This document shows, in pieces, positions 37,160 to 45,650 of a stretch of 64,000 nucleotides of DNA. The DNA comes from Euryarchaeota archaeon UBA103 (GTDB lineage: Archaea; Thermoplasmatota; Poseidoniia; Poseidoniales; Thalassarchaeaceae): positions 5,593-69,592 of the forward strand of contig DAYH01000023.1 in NCBI GenBank assembly GCA_002506825.1, written 5' to 3'. A program made the translations under genes and the position numbers. Within the stretch, counting starts at the first letter, position 1. Every line of letters starts with the position of its first letter. Under the pieces are notes generated by a model. It was not told the origin of the DNA and did no database searches. It was given only the letters and a program-made list of their open reading frames with translations.

Positions 37160-39115
37160 ATGAACCTACGCCCGGTATGGCTGCTCACCGCTCTGATGAT
37201 ACTAGCACCTCTTTCTGGGTGCCTATCATTTTCCAATGATTCAGGGAGATCAGGCGATGGCAGTATGGATTGGATAGATCCTGTGACAGAAATAGAGGAT
37301 GACAATCACTCGCACAATGATTTGCTTGCACACCGTCTTGCTACTCCAAATGCAAAATTAATTGACTATCACAACCTAAATTGTGATGGAAACGTAAAGC
37401 CCCCAGCGGACTTGGACAACGTGGCAGGTAGGCCTTGTTTTGATGAATTCAAAAATGTGGGACCGACCCCCGGAGATAGCTCGGAGATAGCAATTGAAGG
37501 TAATTTTCTCGATGACTGTGAGATATATGGAGATGGTACTGGGGGGTGTTTCGCCTACGTCTCTTCATACAACCAATTTGAGATTCTAGACATTAGTAAG
37601 CCCAACGAAATTAGACTATTATCTACATACTACGCAGAAATTGCCAGAATGATCGATATCAAAGTCACGTCCGATAACAACTGGGTGCTAGTGAATCATG
37701 AATTGACTAATTCTGAGTTAGACCCGATTCCCAATGATGATGATGCCAATAGCGGTGCAAACCGACTAGATCTAATCTATGTTGGTGACAAGACTAGCCC
37801 CATAAAGGTCGCAGAATGGGATAATCCTCCAGCTGGTTTTCACAATCAAGATCTGCACGTATACTGTGATTGGGAACCTGCAAACCCCACCGCTTTATGG
37901 CAAGATGACTGTCACCTATTCCTGTTCGGCGCTGATCCCTATCCTGAAATGGTAGAAGGATCAAGTGGGACTTTCTACAAGGGAACACAGGTCTTCTACG
38001 CTCTTATTGATTTCGAGGGATTGAACCCGACAAACAACGAAGAACAACAAAATGCAAGCAGGGAAATAATCCGATGGGGCGGGTACACTCCTGAGCCGCA
38101 GACAACCTGTGGAGGATCCATATTCAACCATGACAATGTATTCTTCATCCACCCAATAACCAAGCAGAAAATGTTGGCAGTATCTTACTGGGGAGCTGGG
38201 TTGAGATTCGTTGATGTATCCGAGCCACCTCAAATTGCTGATCCTCTGGGGATTTCTTGGCCTCCTGAAACCGGACGATGGCTGGGTTGCTCCACCGATG
38301 ACTCGGGATGGTATGGTCCAGAGGGAGGGGGGCATGCCAACATGTCACCTGAAGTTTGGCTAGATGCGAATGATGGAAACGACAACATACATTATGCGGT
38401 CCCCCAGGATAATTTGATTTGCTCGGGAATTAGCGAGTATGACCCAGTGGAAACATGGCCTGATAAATGCGGAATAGGACCCTCCGATGCCACATATGGC
38501 GAGAATTGGAGGCATTACACTTACATCGCACCGGAATATGGATCTAACGCCAATCACACTGGCTACATATGGACAATTGATACCACGGACCCGGCTCAGC
38601 CTTTCCTAGTTTCCAAGTGGAAGCTACCTGGTGAAAGCACTCTTCCTGATGGAACCTCGCATCCTCACCATTACATCCCTGGAGGATATATTTTCAGTCC
38701 CCATAATGGGGATACTGGGTTGAATGGGCACGTTTACTGGACCCATTACCATGCCGGAGTTTGGATAACTGATCATGGCCACATTTGGGACGAGTTAGTT
38801 TGGGAAAATGGATATCCAGAACCGGAAAGAGGATTTCAGGCAATATCAGAGTTAGCACCATCACACACACTTGGATACTACCTACCGGCAGGACCAGATT
38901 GGATTGATGACCCTGCTAATACATTGGGTTATGACATGGCTGATTGCTGGGCTTCTTGTATGATACCTTTCGATTGGGGTCTACAATATGACCCTCGTGG
39001 TTTCGTCTTTATTTCCGAGATGGTCTCAGGAGTATATGTTGTTCAGTTCGATGAGGATTATGATTCAAGATATGACTATCCACCTCTATGGAAGGCGGAG
39101 GCTAGTGACGAATGA
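37160..39115 (+). CDS. LVIVD-repeat beta-propeller lipoprotein (paralog 2)
   Basis: The ATG at 37160 gives a signal plus lipobox (LLTALMILAPLSGC). Repeats include CFAYVSSYNQFEILDISKPNEIRLLSTYY, SYWGAGLRFVDVSE, HYHAGVWITD and SGVYVVQFD. It is colinear with 35359..37092. Confidence 0.75.
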   Translation: MNLRPVWLLTALMILAPLSGCLSFSNDSGRSGDGSMDWIDPVTEIEDDNHSHNDLLAHRLATPNAKLIDYHNLNCDGNVKPPADLDNVAGRPCFDEFKNVGPTPGDSSEIAIEGNFLDDCEIYGDGTGGCFAYVSSYNQFEILDISKPNEIRLLSTYYAEIARMIDIKVTSDNNWVLVNHELTNSELDPIPNDDDANSGANRLDLIYVGDKTSPIKVAEWDNPPAGFHNQDLHVYCDWEPANPTALWQDDCHLFLFGADPYPEMVEGSSGTFYKGTQVFYALIDFEGLNPTNNEEQQNASREIIRWGGYTPEPQTTCGGSIFNHDNVFFIHPITKQKMLAVSYWGAGLRFVDVSEPPQIADPLGISWPPETGRWLGCSTDDSGWYGPEGGGHANMSPEVWLDANDGNDNIHYAVPQDNLICSGISEYDPVETWPDKCGIGPSDATYGENWRHYTYIAPEYGSNANHTGYIWTIDTTDPAQPFLVSKWKLPGESTLPDGTSHPHHYIPGGYIFSPHNGDTGLNGHVYWTHYHAGVWITDHGHIWDELVWENGYPEPERGFQAISELAPSHTLGYYLPAGPDWIDDPANTLGYDMADCWASCMIPFDWGLQYDPRGFVFISEMVSGVYVVQFDEDYDSRYDYPPLWKAEASDE

Positions 39116-39660
39116 GATTATCTCTGAAGAGTCAATTATCAATAGCAGTAGTTTTTCTCCTTCTCATCCCCGTCGCTTCGGCACATGGAGCAAACTCATT
39201 CTCTTTCATCATGAGGAATGGATCCCTGCAACCAGAATCAGCTGAAATCGTACAGAATGATACGCTGATATTTTACAATGTGGTCGAATATGAAAGGAGT
39301 CTGGAATTAGACAAGGACGAAGATGGAGTGATGGACTACCAGTGTACTGCTTCCGGCTTTAACTCGACCAATACAGACGATGAATGTAGACTTTGGCTCG
39401 ATCCAATTAATTGGACTGCCGGAGAATATGAGATAGACATTATCTCCAATGGAAGCCTGTGGAAAACTCTGATTTTCACACTGATAGAAGATGTACATAA
39501 TGAATCTGGTCCGCCCTCTGGGTACTCCTTTGGAGACACTCCGGAAGATCAGATTCAGTCCGGGGAAGGAGTTTCTGTATCAAATGAGTTTTTACTAATT
39601 GGTGCCTTAGCGGTTGTTGGAGTTGTATTGCTTACCAGAGGGAGGGGGAAAAATGAGTAG
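39112..39660 (+). CDS. small secreted beta-sandwich (cupredoxin-like pattern) protein with C-terminal TM anchor; paralog of 34709..35305
   Basis: Its signal is LSIAVVFLLLIPVASA/HGA. The pattern LQPESAEIVQNDTLIFYNV follows, with a Cys pair (YQC...DDEC) and a C-terminal helix (LLIGALAVVGVVLL). It shares an ATGA overlap with the upstream gene. Confidence 0.6.
   Translation: MRLSLKSQLSIAVVFLLLIPVASAHGANSFSFIMRNGSLQPESAEIVQNDTLIFYNVVEYERSLELDKDEDGVMDYQCTASGFNSTNTDDECRLWLDPINWTAGEYEIDIISNGSLWKTLIFTLIEDVHNESGPPSGYSFGDTPEDQIQSGEGVSVSNEFLLIGALAVVGVVLLTRGRGKNE
39641..39648 (+). promoter_or_regulatory. Shine-Dalgarno-like element for SCO1 paralog a
   Basis: GGAGGGGG lies 4 nt upstream of the ATG at 39653, inside the 3' end of the preceding gene. 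Confidence 0.3.
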
Positions 39661-40381
39661 GATATCGGGAATTCTTCTAGCGGTGATCATAATATCGTCG
39701 GGATGTATGGGAAGTGCCGATGAGGATGTCTTCTATGGAGAAGACATTTCTCCCCCAGTTCCGGTAACTGACTTTATACTGACAGACGAAAATGGAGATT
39801 TCTTCTCACTCTCTGGGTATGAAGGAAAGGTAGTCGTAGTAACCTTCCTATTCACTAGATGTCCGGACATCTGCCCAATTGTCAGCGCAAATCTAGACTA
39901 TCTCTCTGTCATGCTTGGGGATGACTATGGGACTGAGGTTGAGATTCTTACTATTACAGTAGATCCATGGACTGACAATAGCTCAGTCTTACATCAGTAT
40001 CGTGAACAGCGAGGACTTCATTGGCCCCATCTAACTGGTTCTGTGGAAGATCTTGAAGACATATGGCTGGAATTTGATGTTGGGCTACAAACCTATGATA
40101 CCGATACTGACGGCGATGGGGTTTCAGACGGCTTCGATACCTGTTTGGAAACTCCTGAAGGAGAGGAAGTCGATAATAACGGGTGTGGTTTAGAGACCCA
40201 ACAACAAGAAGAAGATGGCGTTACTGTCAAGCATCATCCTCTGGATTACTGGGTTGATCACACCACTGGTACGATAATTCTTGACAAGGAGCTTAGGCAG
40301 CGAGTTTGGTGGGGAGATACAGATTGGAATGTCGAGCTTGCGATAGAAGATATCAAGATTCTAATGGAAGAGGAGTCTTGA
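39653..40381 (+). CDS. SCO1/SenC-family copper chaperone / thiol-disulfide oxidoreductase lipoprotein with TSP3-like insertion
   Basis: It has a lipobox (IIISSGCMG). The thioredoxin-fold motif is KVVVVTFLFTRCPDICP (CxxxC at about 39860-39874). ITVDP and a distal His (WVDHTTGTIILD) are present. An insertion reads DTDTDGDGVSDGFDTCLETPEGEEVDNNGC. Confidence 0.8.
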   Translation: MSRISGILLAVIIISSGCMGSADEDVFYGEDISPPVPVTDFILTDENGDFFSLSGYEGKVVVVTFLFTRCPDICPIVSANLDYLSVMLGDDYGTEVEILTITVDPWTDNSSVLHQYREQRGLHWPHLTGSVEDLEDIWLEFDVGLQTYDTDTDGDGVSDGFDTCLETPEGEEVDNNGCGLETQQQEEDGVTVKHHPLDYWVDHTTGTIILDKELRQRVWWGDTDWNVELAIEDIKILMEEES

Positions 40382-40382
40382 A

Positions 40383-41483
40383 ATGAGCTTCTTAAGAGTG
40401 GCGGTAGTATCCTTGATATTACTTTCCTCGGGATGTCTTGGACAAGGAGAAGGAGACCTTGAGTTTCTCGGAATAGAATACAGGGACCCTCCTGAAGCGC
40501 CAAATTTTGTTCTTTTCGACCAGAACGGAGATGTCTTTGAATTGATCGAACATGAAGGCAAGGTGATTGTTGTTGCATTCGTCTACACCGCATGTCCCGA
40601 CATATGCCTGATAATTTCTTCTAACCTAGATTACGTAAACAAGAATCTTGGAGACAAATCAGATGATGTGGTGATAATTTCAGTGACAATTGACCCGGCC
40701 AGAGACACCATCTCTCATCTATCTGAGTGGACTGATAGTAGGGGATATGAATGGTATCATCTGACAGGTCCGGTATCGACACTTCAGCAGACATACCGTT
40801 CATGGAATGTCATAATCGATAACGAACACATATCTGCAAGTCAGCCTCCTGAAAGTGAGCTTAACAGACTGGTGTTGATGTACCCAGATAATTCTAGCTC
40901 AATTCTGGAACAGAAAGGATTCGGGAAGAACGGTTCTGATTTCATATCAGAAACAATGTCCGGATCAAACATCAGTAGCGATATTGGAAATGGACCGAAT
41001 AGTTCGGGAACAATTGGCGAATGGACGTCTAACGAAGACTGGTCCTGGATTCTTCACTACTGGGACTCGGACAATGAAAGCTGGGTCACTTCTCAAGAGC
41101 CAAGCTCAACCATCAACATGGGTATTGGGACTCACCTCGCATGGATGCCAAGCAATGCTAACATCAGTATGGCCCCTCCGGGGGAGGACTGTGATGGACA
41201 TGGATGGATTATGGGTTCTGGGAGCAGTGCTCACTGTATGTGTGATGACGGATATGAAAGATCTGATGCGGACTGGCTATCATGCTTCATCGAGGGATCT
41301 ATCAGTGGTAACGACACTGGCTCGGAAGACCCACATGATGAGTCCCTTGGGGAGTATGAAGTTGGCCACTCCACCACCACATTCATTGTAGGGAAAGAGA
41401 TGAGGAAGAGGGTTGCTTACTCTGGAATATTTTGGGATGCTGATAACTTCTTGCAAGATGTAATTACCCTCGCTGATGAGTGA
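40383..41483 (+). CDS. SCO1/SenC-family lipoprotein with about 190-aa inserted domain
   Basis: It has a lipobox (LLSSGCLG). The motif KVIVVAFVYTACPDICL carries CxxxC at about 40593-40607. ISVTIDP and a distal His (EVGHSTTTFIVGKE) are present. The inserted segment between HLTG and the distal His includes CDGHGWIMGSGSSAHCMCDDGY...LSC. Confidence 0.8.
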   Translation: MSFLRVAVVSLILLSSGCLGQGEGDLEFLGIEYRDPPEAPNFVLFDQNGDVFELIEHEGKVIVVAFVYTACPDICLIISSNLDYVNKNLGDKSDDVVIISVTIDPARDTISHLSEWTDSRGYEWYHLTGPVSTLQQTYRSWNVIIDNEHISASQPPESELNRLVLMYPDNSSSILEQKGFGKNGSDFISETMSGSNISSDIGNGPNSSGTIGEWTSNEDWSWILHYWDSDNESWVTSQEPSSTINMGIGTHLAWMPSNANISMAPPGEDCDGHGWIMGSGSSAHCMCDDGYERSDADWLSCFIEGSISGNDTGSEDPHDESLGEYEVGHSTTTFIVGKEMRKRVAYSGIFWDADNFLQDVITLADE

Positions 41484-41531
41484 TTCTCACCTTTCGACAC
41501 TTTTTTCGGGTTTTTACACTGTTCCAATTAT

Positions 41532-43580
41532 ATGCTATTTCATTCACTTGGGAACATGGCAGAAGATAATGGGATGGCGAGGTCGATATTTCTCTCGGCT
41601 CTGATGGTTACTAGCGTGATGACTGGCTTACTGTTCTTCGGTATTGAAGATGAGGGTTTGAACGACTCGCCAACTATTGACTCTGATGTCCCTGACACTA
41701 TGTTGATTGGCGAGATTGAAACGGTGAATATAACAATCTCAGATGAGGAGATGGGGGGCCTGTCTGTCTTGATTACTCTGAACGGAGAGCAGGTCATGGA
41801 CCCTCTTGACGCTAATGGGGTTGTAACTTTGGATATTTCATCACTCGAAGTAGGCAGTCATGCACTTCAGGTAGTGGCCACCGATAGCCTTGGACAGGAT
41901 TCAACATGGACCAAAGTTTTCTCCATTAATTACCCCGAAGAGAGTGGGACGATAATCACTCTCTCTGCGACTGAGCTTGAGATTGTAAGAGGTGGAATAG
42001 CTCCAATTAATGGGCAGGTCCTTCATGACTCTATCGAAACTTGCTCCCTAAGGTGGTCTACTGGAGATGTCTCCGAGTCGAGCCTGGGGCTTCCAATAGG
42101 CGAAGATGGCAGTTTCGAGCTAGAACTATCCAACATACAGGATAATACTACGTTGTCTCTATCGTCGGTATGCGGGGTTTGGACTGAAAGTTCATTCTTA
42201 GTAACAACTACCATTACTGTAATCGAGGGAGTCACAGAAGGTTGTACTGATCCAAGTGCCAGTAACTATGACGAGGGCGCAGAAGAGGATGATGGATCCT
42301 GCGAATATGAAAATGAGCCTGTTCCTGAATCGGGTTGTACTGATTCAAGTGCCAGTAACTATGACGAAGGCGCAGAAGAGGATGATGGATCCTGCGAATA
42401 TGAAAATGAGCCTGTGGATAATGGAACTGGATCTCAGTCATGGTGGGAGGAAGTACTTCTTTGCGATTCTACCGAACAAGTAGAGCCCGTGGATGATTAC
42501 AATACCACGGAATCTGATAATCATCTTTGCCAATTGCGTTTTGAGATTGGAGAGACTGAGGTTGTAATCAGTTCTAATGGGATTCCTAATCATGATTTGG
42601 AGTCAGGGCCGGGTTGCTGTACCAGTGAGCAAGACCTGGAATGGAGGATTCCCCTTGTCCCCACCAACCAGACTGGGTGCGATCCTTCTATCTCTACAGA
42701 TGGATGCACGATGGCACCAGAGAGAGATGCTGTCGCCTTCGCTGTAAATGGAGTTCCCATCTTCGGACCTGAAGACGGCCCCGGAGGGGATGCAGTTGCA
42801 GGACATGAGGGGGAATATGAGGAAGATAGGCAACATATCTGGCTAGGGATATGTCACGGTCATTCAGGACCAGGTGGCGCTTATCATTACCACGCAGATG
42901 CAAATTGCGCACACTGGCACCCCGATGAAGATAGCAATCAAACATGGAGGGACTACAGTATTGACTCTTCTAGGTCCTTGTCTGAGCATTCACCTATTGT
43001 TGGATTCGCTTTTGATGGCTATCCCATATATGGATTCGTAGGCTGGGACGATGACGAGAACATATCTGAAATGAAATCATCATACCGTCTAAAGGAGGGG
43101 GAAACTGGTTACAATGGGATTGATGATTACGAGTATGTAGCAGGACTCGGCGATCTAGACTCTTGTAATGGGCACTTTGGACCCACTCCAGATTACCCCG
43201 AAGGAGTATACCACTATCATACCACATGGGAGAATGGAGAGGGAGAGATTGGATTCCCCTATTTCATCAACTGCTACAGGGGCGAAGTATCCCTAGGAAG
43301 CGAGAATGGAGGAGGGGATGATGGGGTCGATTGCTCGGGACATGGAGATACATGGGGGCCGGGCATAGGCCCTCCTCCAGAAGGATGCGGAGGTGGCCCC
43401 CAGGGCCAGTCTTCCGACTTTTCTACAGCATTCGGAGCCATACATCGAATTGCCCCCCCTAGTGGAGGCATGTTAGCATTGATGCTACTGGGAGTTGTTT
43501 TTGTCAGAGTATTGGCATTTGCCCCAGTTTCTCCAAGTCGGGCTGGTATAATTGCCTTATATCGTCAAGCTCAAGTATGA
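41532..43580 (+). CDS. membrane-anchored Ig-like-repeat protein with C-terminal YHYH domain
   Basis: An N-terminal TM helix is followed by Ig-like segments and a duplicated Cys-bounded acidic linker. Two half-domains follow, ICHGHSGPGGAYHYHADANCAHWH (YHYH at about 42882-42893) and CNGHFGPTPDYPEGVYHYHTT..FPYFINCYRG (about 43209-43220). It ends in a C-terminal hydrophobic helix. The start could also be 41556 or 41574. Confidence 0.7.
   Translation: MLFHSLGNMAEDNGMARSIFLSALMVTSVMTGLLFFGIEDEGLNDSPTIDSDVPDTMLIGEIETVNITISDEEMGGLSVLITLNGEQVMDPLDANGVVTLDISSLEVGSHALQVVATDSLGQDSTWTKVFSINYPEESGTIITLSATELEIVRGGIAPINGQVLHDSIETCSLRWSTGDVSESSLGLPIGEDGSFELELSNIQDNTTLSLSSVCGVWTESSFLVTTTITVIEGVTEGCTDPSASNYDEGAEEDDGSCEYENEPVPESGCTDSSASNYDEGAEEDDGSCEYENEPVDNGTGSQSWWEEVLLCDSTEQVEPVDDYNTTESDNHLCQLRFEIGETEVVISSNGIPNHDLESGPGCCTSEQDLEWRIPLVPTNQTGCDPSISTDGCTMAPERDAVAFAVNGVPIFGPEDGPGGDAVAGHEGEYEEDRQHIWLGICHGHSGPGGAYHYHADANCAHWHPDEDSNQTWRDYSIDSSRSLSEHSPIVGFAFDGYPIYGFVGWDDDENISEMKSSYRLKEGETGYNGIDDYEYVAGLGDLDSCNGHFGPTPDYPEGVYHYHTTWENGEGEIGFPYFINCYRGEVSLGSENGGGDDGVDCSGHGDTWGPGIGPPPEGCGGGPQGQSSDFSTAFGAIHRIAPPSGGMLALMLLGVVFVRVLAFAPVSPSRAGIIALYRQAQV
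42240..42415 (+). repeat. near-perfect 93-bp tandem duplication inside the YHYH gene
   Basis: Copy 1 runs from about 42240 and copy 2 from about 42333. Both encode GCTD(P/S)SASNYDEGAEEDDGSCEYENEPV, and only a few nucleotide differences were seen by eye. Confidence 0.85.
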
Positions 43581-45003
43581 GCATTGCTAGCCTCTCTAGG
43601 CCCATGCCCCATGCACATACTGGCCATTCTGTGCCCAATGGCTCAGTTACTTCTGGGCGGAAAATTCCTGCCCCTCCAAGCTCAAGCCACTCGCCCCTCC
43701 AAAGAATGTCCACTTCAACACTAGGCTCAGTATATGGGAAGTAAGCCGGCCTTACTCTGACGTCACCGTATCCCATCTTGGAATAGAAAGTTTTGAGTGT
43801 CGTTATTAGCATTGGAAGATTGGCGTTTTCTTCGTGAATGATTCCTTCGATCTGGTGAAACTCTGGTAAATGAGTTCGGTCTATGGTTTCTTGTCTGAAT
43901 ACTCTTCCAATTCCAAAAACTCTTGAGGGCTCGCCTGGATTCTCTGCGATGTGCCTGACGGTATTCACAGTAGTGTGCGTCCTGAGAAGTCCCTTCTGGG
44001 CCTCTTCCCTATCGAATCTCCCTCCCCATCCCCTGCTTCCGGTATCGTGACCATGCTCGTGGACCTTCGACCATAAATCGAGATATTCTTCTCTGACCTC
44101 TACTTTTTCTGGGCTCGAGAGATAGAATGTGTCCTGCATTGTTCTTGCAGGATGAGATTGGGGTATGTACAATGCATCCATATTCCAACCTGCTGATTGT
44201 ACGAAATTTCCCTCTATCTCGGAGAATCCCATTTCCAAGAAGACCTTTCTGATTCTTTCAATCAGGGCTTGCATGGGATGGGGCCTGCCGCCAGTAGGAG
44301 TTACAGTTGGTGCGTTGACATCGAAGGGCTTGAACTTGGCACCCCTCCAACTGTCCCCTTGTAAGAGCTCTGTGGTCACCTCCCCGATCATCTCAACATG
44401 GGATAGTAGTTCACTGTCTACTAATGCTCCCTCCTCGGTCAGAGACCATGTTCGGGAAACTTGGACGTCTACAGAAATTAGGCCCTTCCTACTCGAGAAG
44501 TGCCGTATAAGTTGTGCACTCAGTTCTGAATCTTCGACACCGCGATTTGAAATCTTAGAAATAAAATCCTGTCTCTCGGAAATTATAGATGCTATAGCCC
44601 CTTCATCATCGACGACTAGATTGCCAGACTCTAGTGTCATCCCAATTGATTTCAGAAGTCCTATTCCTGGTCCTGCTTCGTTTCTCTGAAACCCTGCTTG
44701 GAAAAGATCCTCCATATTCCTCTTATCCTCATCGGACCCGATGTACCATTTCCAAATTCTTTCCTCTAGTAGCCCGTGTTCAAGTGCTTTTTTTCCCTCT
44801 GAGTCTAATGAAATAGTCCTAATTTGAGTTTCAGATACAGTGACTAGTCCCAATTCCGACAATGATTGACCAGAACCGGCTACGTGGACTTGATCATTCC
44901 ATCCTGTTGACTCAAGTAGTTCCTTGATTGCCCATTCTCTACTTGGATCGGTAAGCATGGCCCTGAGCATGGCTCTGTCATTATTGCTCAAATCCACAGT
45001 CAT
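43504..45003 (-). CDS. pheS: phenylalanine--tRNA ligase alpha subunit (archaeal type)
   Basis: The 499-aa protein has N-terminal winged-helix repeats. Its class II core motifs include HPARTMQDTFY, LLRTHTT and GAGIFRPEV..WGMGLERL. Confidence 0.9.
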   Translation of the reverse strand: MTVDLSNNDRAMLRAMLTDPSREWAIKELLESTGWNDQVHVAGSGQSLSELGLVTVSETQIRTISLDSEGKKALEHGLLEERIWKWYIGSDEDKRNMEDLFQAGFQRNEAGPGIGLLKSIGMTLESGNLVVDDEGAIASIISERQDFISKISNRGVEDSELSAQLIRHFSSRKGLISVDVQVSRTWSLTEEGALVDSELLSHVEMIGEVTTELLQGDSWRGAKFKPFDVNAPTVTPTGGRPHPMQALIERIRKVFLEMGFSEIEGNFVQSAGWNMDALYIPQSHPARTMQDTFYLSSPEKVEVREEYLDLWSKVHEHGHDTGSRGWGGRFDREEAQKGLLRTHTTVNTVRHIAENPGEPSRVFGIGRVFRQETIDRTHLPEFHQIEGIIHEENANLPMLITTLKTFYSKMGYGDVRVRPAYFPYTEPSVEVDILWRGEWLELGGAGIFRPEVTEPLGTEWPVCAWGMGLERLAMLILELDDIRQLYQPDLEKLGQMPIL

Positions 45004-45047
45004 TAACTACTCGATTAGGGCCTCACTATTGAGGCTACCGAGAAAAA

Positions 45048-45455
45048 TCACTCTTCTTCCCACAGTAGGATTTCACATTTATCGCAGAAATATTTACTAG
45101 GCTTAGGGCCGTTCAAAATTTCTAAATTGCCGCATCTTCCACAAAGTATAGAAGTTTTCACAGGAGCAATCAGAGTAGTATCTACTCGGAACATTGGACC
45201 TCCTGCATCGGGAAGTAAATCCGTATCTGGAGTCCAAGCCTGAATCTCCTCAGGATCAATTTCCTCAGTCTGGCCCATACCTATCGCGGCCATTAACAAA
45301 GCTAGTCCTGAAATGGAAATAGGAGCGGCTACGGCTAGCACTATACTTGAGGGGCCAGAGCTCAGAATTATTCCGCTTCCGACCACTATACAAGCCCAGC
45401 CCGATATAGCAAGGTTGACTCTACTGTTGTTCTGTTTGGTCACGCCCACGAACAC
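45048..45455 (-). CDS. small membrane protein with C-terminal zinc ribbon, hypothetical
   Basis: Two hydrophobic helices are followed by CGRCG...(14)...CDKC. It ends in -LLWEEE. Confidence 0.5.
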   Translation of the reverse strand: MFVGVTKQNNSRVNLAISGWACIVVGSGIILSSGPSSIVLAVAAPISISGLALLMAAIGMGQTEEIDPEEIQAWTPDTDLLPDAGGPMFRVDTTLIAPVKTSILCGRCGNLEILNGPKPSKYFCDKCEILLWEEE

Positions 45456-45532
45456 GCCAAGGGGTTCTACGCATCAAAGTCCCCCCTAATCGCCTATAGG
45501 TTTCAATAGTGGTTTGCCTTCCAAGGGTCGCC

Positions 45533-45609
<77 letters not shown>

Positions 45610-45650
45610 AAATACGTCAAGGTCAAAGGGCGGGAGCTAGACGGCGTTAT

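Noticed and set aside
35359-39115. Direct homology of the LVIVD propeller proteins to NosZ (CuZ His motifs) or to SBP56/methanethiol oxidase.
   Set aside because: There is only generic propeller-strand resemblance and His richness. I could not align the diagnostic motifs, and no CuA (CxxFCxxxHxEM) motif is present. I kept this only as a functional analogy.
34579-43580. The possibility that the LVIVD/SCO1 cluster is a genomic island integrated at tRNA-Ala.
   Set aside because: I saw no integrase, transposase, direct repeat of the tRNA 3' end, or obvious compositional break by eye. The cluster lies on the 5' side of the tRNA, not the usual 3' attachment side.
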